A DNA stretch of 64,000 bases from the IMG/VR virus record IMGVR_UViG_3300038678_000044. One strand, 5' to 3'. The notes under the pieces were generated by a model, which did no database searches, was not told the origin of the DNA, and saw only the letters and a program-made list of their open reading frames with translations. This DNA comes from an uncultured virus (IMG/VR IMGVR_UViG_3300038678_000044). Its lineage: Duplodnaviria; Heunggongvirae; Uroviricota; Caudoviricetes. A program made the position numbers and the translations under genes. Positions 19,053 through 27,995 of this stretch are shown here, one piece after another (positions within the stretch are counted from its first letter, which is position 1; each line of letters opens with the position of its first letter).

Positions 19053-19219
19053 TGGGGAGCGTCCCAGGAGTCGAACCTGGGCGTGGATGGGTAGTTAGCC
19101 CACTTGCCACTGGTCGCAGGGAGTATGAGGGGCTTCCTCGAACTCAAGCAATCGGTATGATCTCGATGCTTGAGCTTCTAATCTCCCTACCAGCACGGCT
19201 GCCGCTTCGTCACCGCTCC
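19053..19219 (-). ncRNA. tRNA-like RNA with a 74-nt branched insertion in place of the anticodon loop
   Basis: Acceptor GGAGCG/CGCTCC, U8, D-arm ACG-AAGCGGCAGC-CGT, stem CTGGT/ACCAG, long variable arm, CCAGG-TTCGACT-CCTGG T-arm and 3' CCA. It fills an intergenic gap. Confidence 0.75.
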
Positions 19220-19224
19220 GTTGT

Positions 19225-19479
19225 TTACTTCTTGCGCCAGATCCTGGCGAACTCAGCTTCCTTTCCATCAGGCTTCTTGAGATCGACAGGCTCCTTAACC
19301 TTGTTGACAACGAACCGCTTCTCGGTTCGCTTATTCATATTGCTGGCTGCATTACGGAGTGAAGTCCAATACTCCGGATCGACGCGAAACGAATCACCGA
19401 CTTCCATCACATCGATATGCCTTTTGAAGTTCGGTCGTTCCTTTGGGACTGGGATTCCCTTGTCGATAGTAATGTCCAT
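19225..19479 (-). CDS. Small DNA-binding-like hypothetical protein
   Basis: IDKGIPVP..MEVGDSF..ARIWR pattern, common in phages. GAGG RBS. Confidence 0.6.
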   Translation of the reverse strand: MDITIDKGIPVPKERPNFKRHIDVMEVGDSFRVDPEYWTSLRNAASNMNKRTEKRFVVNKVKEPVDLKKPDGKEAEFARIWRKK

Positions 19480-19480
19480 A

Positions 19481-19963
19481 TTATTCCTCTCCGCTCCGGA
19501 AGTAGTAGTGAACCTCATGACGGTCGTCTGCTACGTCCAGGTTATGAACGATGTGAGCGTTCGTGCCTCGTGGAAACATCTCGGCTTTGAGCAAGTCGTT
19601 GCCGTTGGCAGTCACCTCAGTCCTGGAATTATACGTGGTCTGAAGGAATTCGTTTACCCTCCAGAATGATTCGTGATCAACCTCATCGAAGATCCAGATG
19701 CCGCTGACAAGGATCTCATTCTCGAAGGCGTAGATGAGCGTGACCCTTTCTTCCAGTAGCTTGCCGTGATACGAGAGGTTCGTGCAACTGGCACTGATCA
19801 GCTCATAATTCTCTCGCTCCATGTCGGAGGAGATGAACTCGATGTCGGTGCCCCAGGCATATCCGCTGAAACCACCAAAGTCTTTGGGCGGAGCTGCTGA
19901 TTCCTGGGCGAACGCCAGATAGCCGACCAGCAGGAACGCAAATGATAGAAATAACTTTCTCAT
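19481..19963 (-). CDS. Secreted protein (Sec signal peptide), moron-like
   Basis: MRKLFLSFAFLLVGYLAFA-QE signal peptide. It has its own GGGTACAG leader motif. Confidence 0.65.
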   Translation of the reverse strand: MRKLFLSFAFLLVGYLAFAQESAAPPKDFGGFSGYAWGTDIEFISSDMERENYELISASCTNLSYHGKLLEERVTLIYAFENEILVSGIWIFDEVDHESFWRVNEFLQTTYNSRTEVTANGNDLLKAEMFPRGTNAHIVHNLDVADDRHEVHYYFRSGEE

Positions 19964-20019
19964 GACTGTACCCTTTTATGTGATTACCCAACGTCTATCT
20001 GACCACAAGATGACAGGTA

Positions 20020-20595
20020 TTACAAGGGCTTGAGTGGATTTCTGACAAAGATTCGAGAGCTGGTATTCCCTGGATCGATGATGGGCTGGTTCATGCACAT
20101 CGCCAGCAGCTTGTATTCCAGCATTATGTCTCGCAAAGCGTAGTCCACGACCGCGCCATACCGGCGTTGCTGCCACAGCTTGGGAGCCAGGGCACCGTCA
20201 CCGGACTTCTGATGGCCCAGGTTGACCAGGCAGCAGTTGTCCAGGTTGTATCCCTTGGCGTATTTGTGAGCCCCGGCAGCCTCCTTAATCTCCAAGTAGA
20301 GGTCGAAGATCTTCTCGTCCGGGACCGTGTATCCATGTGCGGCCAGTAGCTTGTTGTCGAAGTGCCTGTTGTTGAAGCCAGCGATGATGTCGGTTTTCTC
20401 CATCAGCTCGAACATCTCGTCCAGGTTGTCTTCCATGAAGATCCTGGGAAAGTCTTCCTCGAAGTCGTAGACCGAGACCACCGAGATGCCCATGCCTTTG
20501 TGATCTCCCCAGCCCTGGCAATACTCGAAGTTGGGATCATTGGTCTCGTGTTTCTGTGGGATCAGCTTGGCAATCTCGCAGTCATAGATCAGCAT
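20020..20595 (-). CDS. RNase H-like/DEDD 3'-5' exonuclease-family protein
   Basis: IYDCEI, GFNNRHFD and DYALRD motifs. Confidence 0.75.
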   Translation of the reverse strand: MLIYDCEIAKLIPQKHETNDPNFEYCQGWGDHKGMGISVVSVYDFEEDFPRIFMEDNLDEMFELMEKTDIIAGFNNRHFDNKLLAAHGYTVPDEKIFDLYLEIKEAAGAHKYAKGYNLDNCCLVNLGHQKSGDGALAPKLWQQRRYGAVVDYALRDIMLEYKLLAMCMNQPIIDPGNTSSRIFVRNPLKPL

Positions 20596-20598
20596 ATT

Positions 20599-20787
20599 TC
20601 ACTCCGCGTAGTAACCGTCGAACCAGTCACCGTGCTTGCGAGTACGGGCAAGACCGGCCTGGTTGGTACAGGTTGTCGATGATGTTTCTGGGTCATTGCA
20701 GTGCGCCTGTGCCTGGTCAAGGCTCAGGCTCGTATCTATCGTTCGCTTGCTGTTCTGGAAAAATCTCACGATCTTGTATGTGTCCAT
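20599..20787 (-). CDS. Hypothetical protein
   Basis: YKIVRFF..LSLDQAQAHC..WFDGY phage-like small protein with RBS. Confidence 0.6.
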   Translation of the reverse strand: MDTYKIVRFFQNSKRTIDTSLSLDQAQAHCNDPETSSTTCTNQAGLARTRKHGDWFDGYYAE

Positions 20788-20788
20788 T

Positions 20789-20998
20789 CTATTTTCCTCT
20801 TAGTCCCTTCAGTGTTTCCAATACCGCTTTCATCAATCGGATCTGCTGATCCGCAAATACTTCACTCATTCGTCCCTTGGAGATGCGCCTGGCATAGACT
20901 CGTTTCCGAAACGTGATCTCACGATCGACGCATTTAATCTGGGCCTCCAGAGGAATCTCGGACTCTGGAAACATATCGTCAGGGAAGTCATCAGCCAT
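20789..20998 (-). CDS. Hypothetical protein
   Basis: QIKCVDREI..RKRVY phage-like small protein in a coupled operon. Confidence 0.6.
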   Translation of the reverse strand: MADDFPDDMFPESEIPLEAQIKCVDREITFRKRVYARRISKGRMSEVFADQQIRLMKAVLETLKGLRGK

Positions 20999-21206
20999 CC
21001 TTGCGCTTTCGATCGAAGTCTTGATGTCCCTTCCACCATTCCTGCAACCCTTTCGGTAGCGTATGAATTTCCTCAGCAGGGAAGCGCATCAGAAGATCGC
21101 ATAACCAGGCCGCATATTGATCAACACGTTTTTCCAATGGCTCAACAGTATGTTTGCGGATGTAACTGGGAGAGCTTCGATGGTCATAGCATGGCATTGT
21201 CTTCAC
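20991..21206 (-). CDS. Hypothetical protein
   Basis: Overlapping start/stop coupling with its neighbours. Confidence 0.5.
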   Translation of the reverse strand: MKTMPCYDHRSSPSYIRKHTVEPLEKRVDQYAAWLCDLLMRFPAEEIHTLPKGLQEWWKGHQDFDRKRKDG

Positions 21207-21451
21207 CCATGTTTGTCGGTCCAGTGCTGGCCAGCAGCCTGTCGGCTACGGAACATCCGCTCGCACCCTACGTGCGGACAGGGCACATCTCGTGGTGGCT
21301 TGTAGTTCACCGGCTGGCTGTCGTCAGGCTCATCGCCGCAAGCAGCGCATCGTTGTGGATAGCCTGGAGGCTCGCCGCCAATGTCCATGAACTCACCGCA
21401 GCCCTCGCACATGGTTCCGTCCAGCATCATCTCTGCAATTTCACCCACCAC
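21203..21451 (-). CDS. Small zinc-finger protein
   Basis: Two CxxC motifs plus CPHVGC..H..H (C2H2-like). Confidence 0.6.
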   Translation of the reverse strand: MVGEIAEMMLDGTMCEGCGEFMDIGGEPPGYPQRCAACGDEPDDSQPVNYKPPRDVPCPHVGCERMFRSRQAAGQHWTDKHG

Positions 21452-21623
21452 TTTTCTCCATCATCTCCATCCTGGTGACAAGATCCTCGAACCGTCGAAT
21501 GAATTGATCGTTGGATTCGCTGATTATGTTGGCAGCTCGTAGCATGTCTTCGGCTGACGATCGTATGCTGCTCGCTGCTCGTGTGACATCCTCGGCTCCG
21601 AGGAGGGTGATGTAGTCACTCAT
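21441..21623 (-). CDS. Hypothetical protein
   Basis: Coupled ORF, helical. Confidence 0.5.
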   Translation of the reverse strand: MSDYITLLGAEDVTRAASSIRSSAEDMLRAANIISESNDQFIRRFEDLVTRMEMMEKSGG

Positions 21624-22572
21624 GGACTGCGTACTCCTTCTCGACTGCCCCAGTGCCAGGCTTGCCGATGATCATGTTGCGGATCCAGGTGGTTCTGCCG
21701 GAGCGTAACCGGCGAACATGGCCGCGCCGTTTGTGCATCCTGGGGCTGGCATGGGTGCCTCCCTGGTGAGGCTTGGATGCGGGAGACGCCTGGAGGATGT
21801 CGGCCACGATGTCGAGAACCTTGTACTCGTACATCGGCACTCGACCCTTCTGCGCTCGCTTCTTGTTGAGCTTCGTGGGTGCTGGCAATGTCTCGTAGCG
21901 ACCATGGTCGATCGCCAGAGCGGTCAGCAGATGGAGGCAGGAGAATGCCTCATCAGCTACGTCTCGCATGACCCTCATGGGCCGCTCTTTTTCTGGATAG
22001 ATTTCGTAAGCGGAGATTCCTAATGGCAATATCACAGTCAGGCCATGTTCCTTCAGGGCATTGAGCGATTCGTTACCTCCACGAGGAAAGAACATCGCGC
22101 ATGGTGGTGGTATCCAGAGCTTCAGGTCATCTGAGTACGAGACCGGATAGACGTAGAAGCCCTGCAAATGCCCGCTATGTTCCTCGTGCATGTGTTTGAG
22201 CAGGCTTGCATGTTCCTCCAGAGCTTCGGTCTCGACGCATAGAGCGATGCGCTTCGAGGATTGCTTTTCGTGCTTTAACATCGGCTCGCACCGAGGGTCG
22301 TCATAGGGACACGGATACTCGATCGCCACGATGGGGTATGGAAGTCGTGTCGGGATTTGAACGTCAACACACAACTCCATCTCGTGCTTTTCAAATATCG
22401 TGCCCCATGACGGTAGTATGAATTTTTCCGATTTCTCCATCAGGACCATGCACTCCATGGCTGAAGCCAGGATTGCCCTGGATACAGTCGGAGTCTGCTT
22501 GCCGATGATCACGTCATCGAGAGCCCTCATGTTCTCGCAGGCGTGGGTGCAGTAGTTGAGGGGCTGGGTCAT
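21616..22572 (-). CDS. Conserved phage hypothetical protein
   Basis: C-terminal HASPRMHKRRGHVR motif. ATGA-coupled start at 22572. Confidence 0.65.
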   Translation of the reverse strand: MTQPLNYCTHACENMRALDDVIIGKQTPTVSRAILASAMECMVLMEKSEKFILPSWGTIFEKHEMELCVDVQIPTRLPYPIVAIEYPCPYDDPRCEPMLKHEKQSSKRIALCVETEALEEHASLLKHMHEEHSGHLQGFYVYPVSYSDDLKLWIPPPCAMFFPRGGNESLNALKEHGLTVILPLGISAYEIYPEKERPMRVMRDVADEAFSCLHLLTALAIDHGRYETLPAPTKLNKKRAQKGRVPMYEYKVLDIVADILQASPASKPHQGGTHASPRMHKRRGHVRRLRSGRTTWIRNMIIGKPGTGAVEKEYAVHE

Positions 22573-22940
22573 ATCGCTATCCACAATACTTTGGGGCTCA
22601 TGTTCGAGCTTTTTGCTCGTCGCGCTCCGCATGATCGGATGAATCCATTCCGTTTTGCGAGCTGCGTTGCTGCTCCCCAGGCGCGACCATCTGGTGGGTC
22701 AGGCAGATTGAGGTTACGAGCATAAGGCAGAACATCCTCGATCAGGAATGCCTTTCCATACTCCCTTCCGAAGTCACGAATCATCCCGGCTGCATAGACC
22801 CTCCACATGCCAACATTTTTAAGGTCTGCATGTGCGCCGGATCGCTCGATGCCGATGTCACGGCGCTTCTCAGCTTTGGACTGCTCATCCTTACCAAGTG
22901 GTTTTGCGGCAAATAGATCGCCTGTGCGCTGGTCAGTCAC
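22569..22940 (-). CDS. Hypothetical protein
   Basis: PPDGRAWGA motif; coupled ORF. Confidence 0.6.
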   Translation of the reverse strand: MTDQRTGDLFAAKPLGKDEQSKAEKRRDIGIERSGAHADLKNVGMWRVYAAGMIRDFGREYGKAFLIEDVLPYARNLNLPDPPDGRAWGAATQLAKRNGFIRSCGARRAKSSNMSPKVLWIAI

Positions 22941-23148
22941 TGAGATCTTCCATCAGCACCCATCCGTCTCCGCTCTTGCGGTACACTTTGCCCAGGTTCG
23001 GTGAGCCCCAGATCCCTCCTTCAGACATCAGGCTGGTCAGGCTGGTCAGCCAGTCCAGGTTGATCTTACGTTGCCAGTCCGGTAGCCCCTCGCTGAAGCT
23101 GTCTGCTACCTCCTGAATCGACAGCACTTCTTCCGTTTTTGTGTTCAT
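22933..23148 (-). CDS. Hypothetical protein
   Basis: Coupled ORF. Confidence 0.5.
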   Translation of the reverse strand: MNTKTEEVLSIQEVADSFSEGLPDWQRKINLDWLTSLTSLMSEGGIWGSPNLGKVYRKSGDGWVLMEDLSD

Positions 23149-23543
23149 CCGTTTGCCTCAAAAAATGCTTCTTCGCTCTCGAATATCGTCTCCAATGCTT
23201 TTTTGTCGGCGCGATTCCACCATCGATCCTCAAGGTCTGGGTCGTCGTCGATCGCCCCTTCCCACGGCACACTGCTGCCACCGTTTTTGAGATACATGGC
23301 AATCACTCCCCAGCAATGCTGCGAGCTGCCATCATTGCGGAAGACGAATCCGCCTGCCTCGTACTCAGTCTCCTCGACGTGTTCGGAATGTTTATGACAT
23401 ACGAAACCCTGGCGATAGGCTAAGTTTTCAATCTCCTCCGCTCGCTCACGGCAGGCGAACGTGATCCTGTGTACCGTATTGGCGAACGGGCAGTTCTTAC
23501 ATGGTCGCTTGAGATCGAATTGCATGTCATTGCCTGCACTCAA
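23145..23543 (-). CDS. Cys/His-rich hypothetical protein
   Basis: PCKNCPF..FVCHK..QHC pattern. Start uncertain. Confidence 0.55.
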   Translation of the reverse strand: MSAGNDMQFDLKRPCKNCPFANTVHRITFACRERAEEIENLAYRQGFVCHKHSEHVEETEYEAGGFVFRNDGSSQHCWGVIAMYLKNGGSSVPWEGAIDDDPDLEDRWWNRADKKALETIFESEEAFFEANG

Positions 23544-23692
23544 AACAACGGGCTTTATAGATCGGGCATTGAGACCACTTGCGATACATCGTATGGCCGC
23601 AGCTCAGCTCAAGCTCCGCACTGCCGGATCCTTGCGGCGAATACTTCGATTGACAGAATCGAGCCCTTACGATCCTGCGGAGTGGGCCCTGC

Positions 23693-24154
23693 CTAAAAAG
23701 GAATGTCATCGTCGAAGTCATCAGGTGGTGGCTTGGCGTCATCAGCATCCGTGCGTGATTGAGGTGGCAGGCCATCCTTGTCTGTCGGTGGCGCTTCTCC
23801 TCGGTCAGCAGGATGCGGTGGTCGGTCTCCTTCGCGCTTCTCAACGAACTCGAATCTATCGATCACGATGTCTGCGGTGTACCTGGTGACACCATCCTTC
23901 TCATAGGATCCATATTTCAGTCGTCCCTCGATCAGGATCTTGCGTCCCTTGGTGAAGTGTTCAGCGATGATCTCGGCTGTCTTACCGTAGGCTACGCATC
24001 GATGCCAGGAGGTCTCGTCTTTCTGCTCGCCTGAGTCTTTATCCTTCCAGCTACGGTTGGTGGCCACACTGATCTGCGTCACCGCAGAGCCGGATGGCAT
24101 GTAGCGGGTGTCCGGATCCTGGCCCAGATTTCCCATGATGATTACTTTGTTCAT
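23693..24154 (-). CDS. ssb: Single-stranded DNA-binding protein
   Basis: MNKVIIMGNLGQDP..W..IEGRL and C-terminal DDDIPF. Confidence 0.95.
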   Translation of the reverse strand: MNKVIIMGNLGQDPDTRYMPSGSAVTQISVATNRSWKDKDSGEQKDETSWHRCVAYGKTAEIIAEHFTKGRKILIEGRLKYGSYEKDGVTRYTADIVIDRFEFVEKREGDRPPHPADRGEAPPTDKDGLPPQSRTDADDAKPPPDDFDDDIPF

Positions 24155-24220
24155 CTGCTATCCTTTATCATAATGGTGGTGGTGGTGGCAGTCGCAGGTG
24201 CCATGCCCATTCTGAATAAT

Positions 24221-24949
24221 TCATCTCACTGACAGCCCGACATCGCGCTTCACGGTCATGCCGTGATGCTTGCCTTCGTCCTGGTCTTCCGGCCAGTCAG
24301 CGCCGATCTGTTTAGCGATGCCGTTCATCACGGTCTTGTTCCATTCCTTGATGATGTTGGTCGGTAACTTCCCATCGAGGATGCCCTGACAGACATCCAA
24401 GATGTCGTCGTACTTGACTTCGCCTTTCCAGTTGGTCCTGGTGCTTCCGGTAGCGCCTGTCAGCGTACCTCTGCCGACAGGAGCCCTTGCCACTGGAGCT
24501 GGCGTTTCTGCGGCGACCTCCAGGATGGCATCAGCTCGCTCATCGTCACCGGCTTCTGCTGCGGCCTCAGCGTCTTTGATGGCTTGCTCATCTGCCAGGC
24601 GCTGCTCCTCTGCTGCTTTCTCGCGTACACGCTTATCCTCGGCTCGCTGCCAGGTGGCAGCCTTCGCTGACACTTTGTCTTTGGCAGATTTCAGAGCAGT
24701 GGTAATCGGTCGGAACTGATCATTGATCCAGCCTACGTGATCGTTCAGTGGCTGGACGATCGCCTTCCTGGCGTCTTCCGCCATGTTGAATTGTCCCTGG
24801 CAGATTCGCACGAAGTCAGTTGCTATGGCGAACTCCTCAGTGGTCGAGACCACCGCTTTTTCAGCCTGGTCAGTCAGGTTGTTGGCGTTGTCGATGAGCG
24901 GCTGTGACTGCGTGAGCAGCGTAGCTGGAGTCTGGATCTGTGGTCTCAT
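24221..24949 (-). CDS. Coiled-coil hypothetical protein of the recombination module
   Basis: Ala/Glu-rich helices. It lies between ssb and the exonuclease. Confidence 0.6.
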   Translation of the reverse strand: MRPQIQTPATLLTQSQPLIDNANNLTDQAEKAVVSTTEEFAIATDFVRICQGQFNMAEDARKAIVQPLNDHVGWINDQFRPITTALKSAKDKVSAKAATWQRAEDKRVREKAAEEQRLADEQAIKDAEAAAEAGDDERADAILEVAAETPAPVARAPVGRGTLTGATGSTRTNWKGEVKYDDILDVCQGILDGKLPTNIIKEWNKTVMNGIAKQIGADWPEDQDEGKHHGMTVKRDVGLSVR

Positions 24950-25302
24950 GTTTGTTGCTCCTGGTATGCGGAGGCGGCAGTACGAATCATCTCGATCGCT
25001 TCAATGCAGCGGTCGTCAGGGATCGAGTCGTCGCCTTTGTTATGGCTGATGTGGTTAAAAATTTTCTCGGCATCGCTGGTGCTTGGCAGGTTGCTGTTCC
25101 AGTCTTCTTCCTGTTGGAAGCCGATACCGACCTGCATGAATTTTGGAAAGCCGACGATCGCCTGGTTGTCGGAGACCATGACCTTGAACAGCCAGTAGTC
25201 TTCGTCGCCAACTGGTGGCGTGATCATTACGTTTGTTTCCCCGACCTGGAACAGTCCAGGATCTTGGATGTCGTCACTGTTTACCTGTAGTTGTAGATCC
25301 AT
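24946..25302 (-). CDS. Hypothetical protein
   Basis: 118 aa with RBS; coupled. Confidence 0.6.
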   Translation of the reverse strand: MDLQLQVNSDDIQDPGLFQVGETNVMITPPVGDEDYWLFKVMVSDNQAIVGFPKFMQVGIGFQQEEDWNSNLPSTSDAEKIFNHISHNKGDDSIPDDRCIEAIEMIRTAASAYQEQQT

Positions 25303-25439
25303 CTGATAATGCTCCTATCAATTCTTGGTGCGTTGTCCAGAGTTTTCGCCATGTTTTGAGATTGCATTCATTCCTGAAACCGTGATCAATTTTGTATTTC
25401 GCCATAGCCTGTTCTTGCTCGACTGTCATCGGCTTCATC

Positions 25440-26135
25440 TTAGAACATAGAGGGGATTCCATCCGTGGCCTTGGCAACGGCATGCTCGTAAAAAGTCCCA
25501 TGTCTGAAGTGGTCATCGAATATCTCCATCTTCTCGCGGAACAACTTCTGCCAGGCAAGATCACGTTCGATTACCTGGACGTAGATCTGCTGCTCTGCAA
25601 TAGGGTGTCGCGGATCGTAGCTCACGAACTTGCCAAGGTCCAAGTCGTGTACTTCCATGTGCCCCTGAGTCTGGTTGTGATGCCAGCCCTGCATTCCGAA
25701 TCGCAGGGACTTCTTGTGGTTCTCTGGCTTGTACGGGCACTTCACCTCGCAGGCGAACTTCGGGACACCCTCCAGGGTGCCATCATCCGTCTCGATGAAG
25801 TCGGTTGAATCTCCTACCAGGTCAGGCCACATTGGATGGACCATGAACTCAGCACGGATAACCTCGATATTCCTGGTCATCTCGTAGTGACAGATCCCAG
25901 GTTCTTCCAGGCGCTTGCCGTGGGACATGGCCGGGCTCGCGTCACCGATCCTGGTCTCAGCCTCGAAGGCTTCACGGATCTGATCCGGCACGGCATCGAA
26001 CTGCTCCCACTTCAGGGTCTTCAGCAGATTGTTCAGATCGTGGACGTGGTTGCCCAGGAGAGTATCGATGCGCCTGGACATGGTGATCTTGCCCCAGCGA
26101 TCAGTGAACCATCCTAATGTTCGTTGCTCAGCCAT
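25440..26135 (-). CDS. YqaJ/lambda-exonuclease-like nuclease
   Basis: EQRT..W..R.GKIT.S, MSHG..LE, DSTD, EVKCP, Q.QG.M and FVSYDPR motifs. Confidence 0.85.
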   Translation of the reverse strand: MAEQRTLGWFTDRWGKITMSRRIDTLLGNHVHDLNNLLKTLKWEQFDAVPDQIREAFEAETRIGDASPAMSHGKRLEEPGICHYEMTRNIEVIRAEFMVHPMWPDLVGDSTDFIETDDGTLEGVPKFACEVKCPYKPENHKKSLRFGMQGWHHNQTQGHMEVHDLDLGKFVSYDPRHPIAEQQIYVQVIERDLAWQKLFREKMEIFDDHFRHGTFYEHAVAKATDGIPSMF

Positions 26136-26319
26136 CGTATTCTATTGCCTGTATTGCGTCTAAGCGGATTTTTACAGTTTTGCCTTCTGTGTGAAGATAC
26201 AAATAACCTTCATCTGTCGAGCCAGCGCAATCTTCATCGTAGAAGCCATGGATGATTGCTATATTTAGATAAACGATCACCATTGAACGGACTTCAATGT
26301 CTTTGGGGTTGATATTCAT
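26128..26319 (-). CDS. Hypothetical protein
   Basis: ATGA-coupled start MNINPK. Confidence 0.45.
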   Translation of the reverse strand: MNINPKDIEVRSMVIVYLNIAIIHGFYDEDCAGSTDEGYLYLHTEGKTVKIRLDAIQAIEYDG

Positions 26320-26513
26320 ACTGCTTCTCCAGCGTCTCGTCTCTTGCATTCCAGCACTATCTGGCAGACGCCGCACAGGTGCAGGTCGTCCGTGTAAATC
26401 GTTTGCGGCCCGCGCATGCTTGGATACCGGCGACCGCACAGCGTTCGTCTCGGCATCTCGTCAATCAAGTGAGCTACCTTTGGCCGGAACCTGTTGTAAA
26501 TTACCAGCCTCAA
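26316..26513 (-). CDS. Small Cys/His protein
   Basis: AH..TLCG..CGVC pattern; coupled. Confidence 0.45.
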   Translation of the reverse strand: MRLVIYNRFRPKVAHLIDEMPRRTLCGRRYPSMRGPQTIYTDDLHLCGVCQIVLECKRRDAGEAV

Positions 26514-26812
26514 GCAGCCTCACCCAACACGTAGTCCAGGTATTCGATGAGGTAGCGACCGTAGGTCACCAGGTACGTGTTGCCCTCGAAGGTGAAGTCC
26601 AGTATTCCGGCCTCATCGGCTTTCTCCCAGTCTTTCTTGAACTCATCCCGCTTCTCAACGGTCCAGCTTACTGTCGTGCTTTTGTCATTGGCCATGCGTT
26701 GGATCTCCCTATGGACCAGGGCCAGCTTCAGCTCCTGGTACTTCGTTCCAGCGGCCAGGAATTTCTCACCCAGCTCTCCGATTAAATCCCATTCCTCGAA
26801 TTCTTTACTCAC
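26510..26812 (-). CDS. Hypothetical protein
   Basis: GTG start overlaps the recT stop. Confidence 0.5.
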   Translation of the reverse strand: MSKEFEEWDLIGELGEKFLAAGTKYQELKLALVHREIQRMANDKSTTVSWTVEKRDEFKKDWEKADEAGILDFTFEGNTYLVTYGRYLIEYLDYVLGEAA

Positions 26813-27860
26813 TGATCGTCGCCTTTGTTTCAAATTCCGCACCCAGGGCTTCCATATCAGAATAGGTCATGCCCCAGTCTTTCGCTGACACGGTAACCTT
26901 GGGCTCGTCTTCTGCGGACTTCAGGATGTACTTCAGTCCAGCCTGGTTGATGCGCTTACGGCACAGGTCAAGATCCTTCTTCGGCAGCTCCTCCATCTTG
27001 TCGATGTTGAATGCCTTGTAGATTCTCTCGACACGGAGATGAGCTTTCCTGGCTGCGGTTCGCAGCTCCTTGGCTTCATCCTCGCTGATCAGCTCGATCG
27101 ATTCAGCTTCGATCGGTTCATCCATACCGGCATAACCTTCAGCGATGTTCGCCATCTGCACGGCTTTCTCCAGGCGACCAGTGCCCTTCGGCCAGGTCTT
27201 CTGCGCTCGCTTGATGACGGTCTTCTTCGCCATCTCCTGGAACCAGTCAGCCCATGGGCCCTTCTTGTGTTTCTTCCACATCTCCGATTTGTCACGGACG
27301 TTCTCGATCTCCTCGATCGACATGAACGTGATGTGCGGATGTTTGGATCCTGCAATTTCAGCGATGGCATACGCGCCGATCACTTCGCCTCGATCCTTCT
27401 CTTTCATGAATGGATCTGGTTCGTGATGAAGGTGCGGATCGCTTCCTGATCGATACCAGAAGCGTCGGTCTTCTCGATCCATCTCGCGAACAATATCAGC
27501 TCGAATGCTAATCACAGCTCCGCCATCGGTCGCGATAGCGATCAGGCCCTGGTACATCGGATCACAGTGGCACTCGTAGAGCTTGAGCGAGTTGTTGTAA
27601 CGGGGAATCAGGGCGCAATGCTTGAGCGCCGGATTGAGAGAGAGTCCGATCGATGCGATGTTGATCACGGCATCACGGATGGTGTGCGGTTCGCATTTCT
27701 GGAGCAACGTATTCCTCGCCAGTATTTGCATGGCGAACATAGACTCTTTCTCCCAGGTAACCAGGTGGCCACCTTGCCCAGAGATCTTCTCGAACGGACG
27801 ACGAGCGCCAGTGAGAGCAGTCTGCACAACTGCTGGTAGACGAGGCTTGTCGTTTGACAT
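26805..27860 (-). CDS. recT: RecT-family ssDNA annealing recombinase
   Basis: GLSLNP..LIPR..YQGL, VIGAYA and PW..WFQEMAKKTVIKR motifs. Start at 27860 follows GGAG. Confidence 0.88.
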   Translation of the reverse strand: MSNDKPRLPAVVQTALTGARRPFEKISGQGGHLVTWEKESMFAMQILARNTLLQKCEPHTIRDAVINIASIGLSLNPALKHCALIPRYNNSLKLYECHCDPMYQGLIAIATDGGAVISIRADIVREMDREDRRFWYRSGSDPHLHHEPDPFMKEKDRGEVIGAYAIAEIAGSKHPHITFMSIEEIENVRDKSEMWKKHKKGPWADWFQEMAKKTVIKRAQKTWPKGTGRLEKAVQMANIAEGYAGMDEPIEAESIELISEDEAKELRTAARKAHLRVERIYKAFNIDKMEELPKKDLDLCRKRINQAGLKYILKSAEDEPKVTVSAKDWGMTYSDMEALGAEFETKATISE

Positions 27861-27880
27861 ATGTGGCTCCAATTTCGACC

Positions 27881-27923
27881 GTACCCAGGCCCACATTCTG
27901 ACTGCTTGACTACCAGATTGCAA
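27881..27923 (-). promoter_or_regulatory. Leftward sigma70-type promoter (recT operon)
   Basis: TTGCAA-17 bp-CAGAAT, followed by CCTGGGTAC. Confidence 0.65.
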
Positions 27924-27928
27924 GGTAT

Positions 27929-27974
27929 TTGACCACATAATCAAGGCCATATACCATGTGTCTCCAGGGTACAG
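27929..27974 (+). promoter_or_regulatory. Rightward sigma70-type promoter (replication operon)
   Basis: TTGACC-17 bp-TACCAT, followed by CCAGGGTACAG. Confidence 0.7.
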
Positions 27975-27995
27975 TTAAATCGGAGAAGGGGGCGC

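Noticed and set aside
19053..19219. Ordinary tRNA with intron (Ser-GGA), tRNA-Sec or tmRNA
   Set aside because: A spliced loop would lack Y32/U33. There is no TCA anticodon loop, no G3-U70 pair, and the insert is too short for a group I intron or tag-reading frame.
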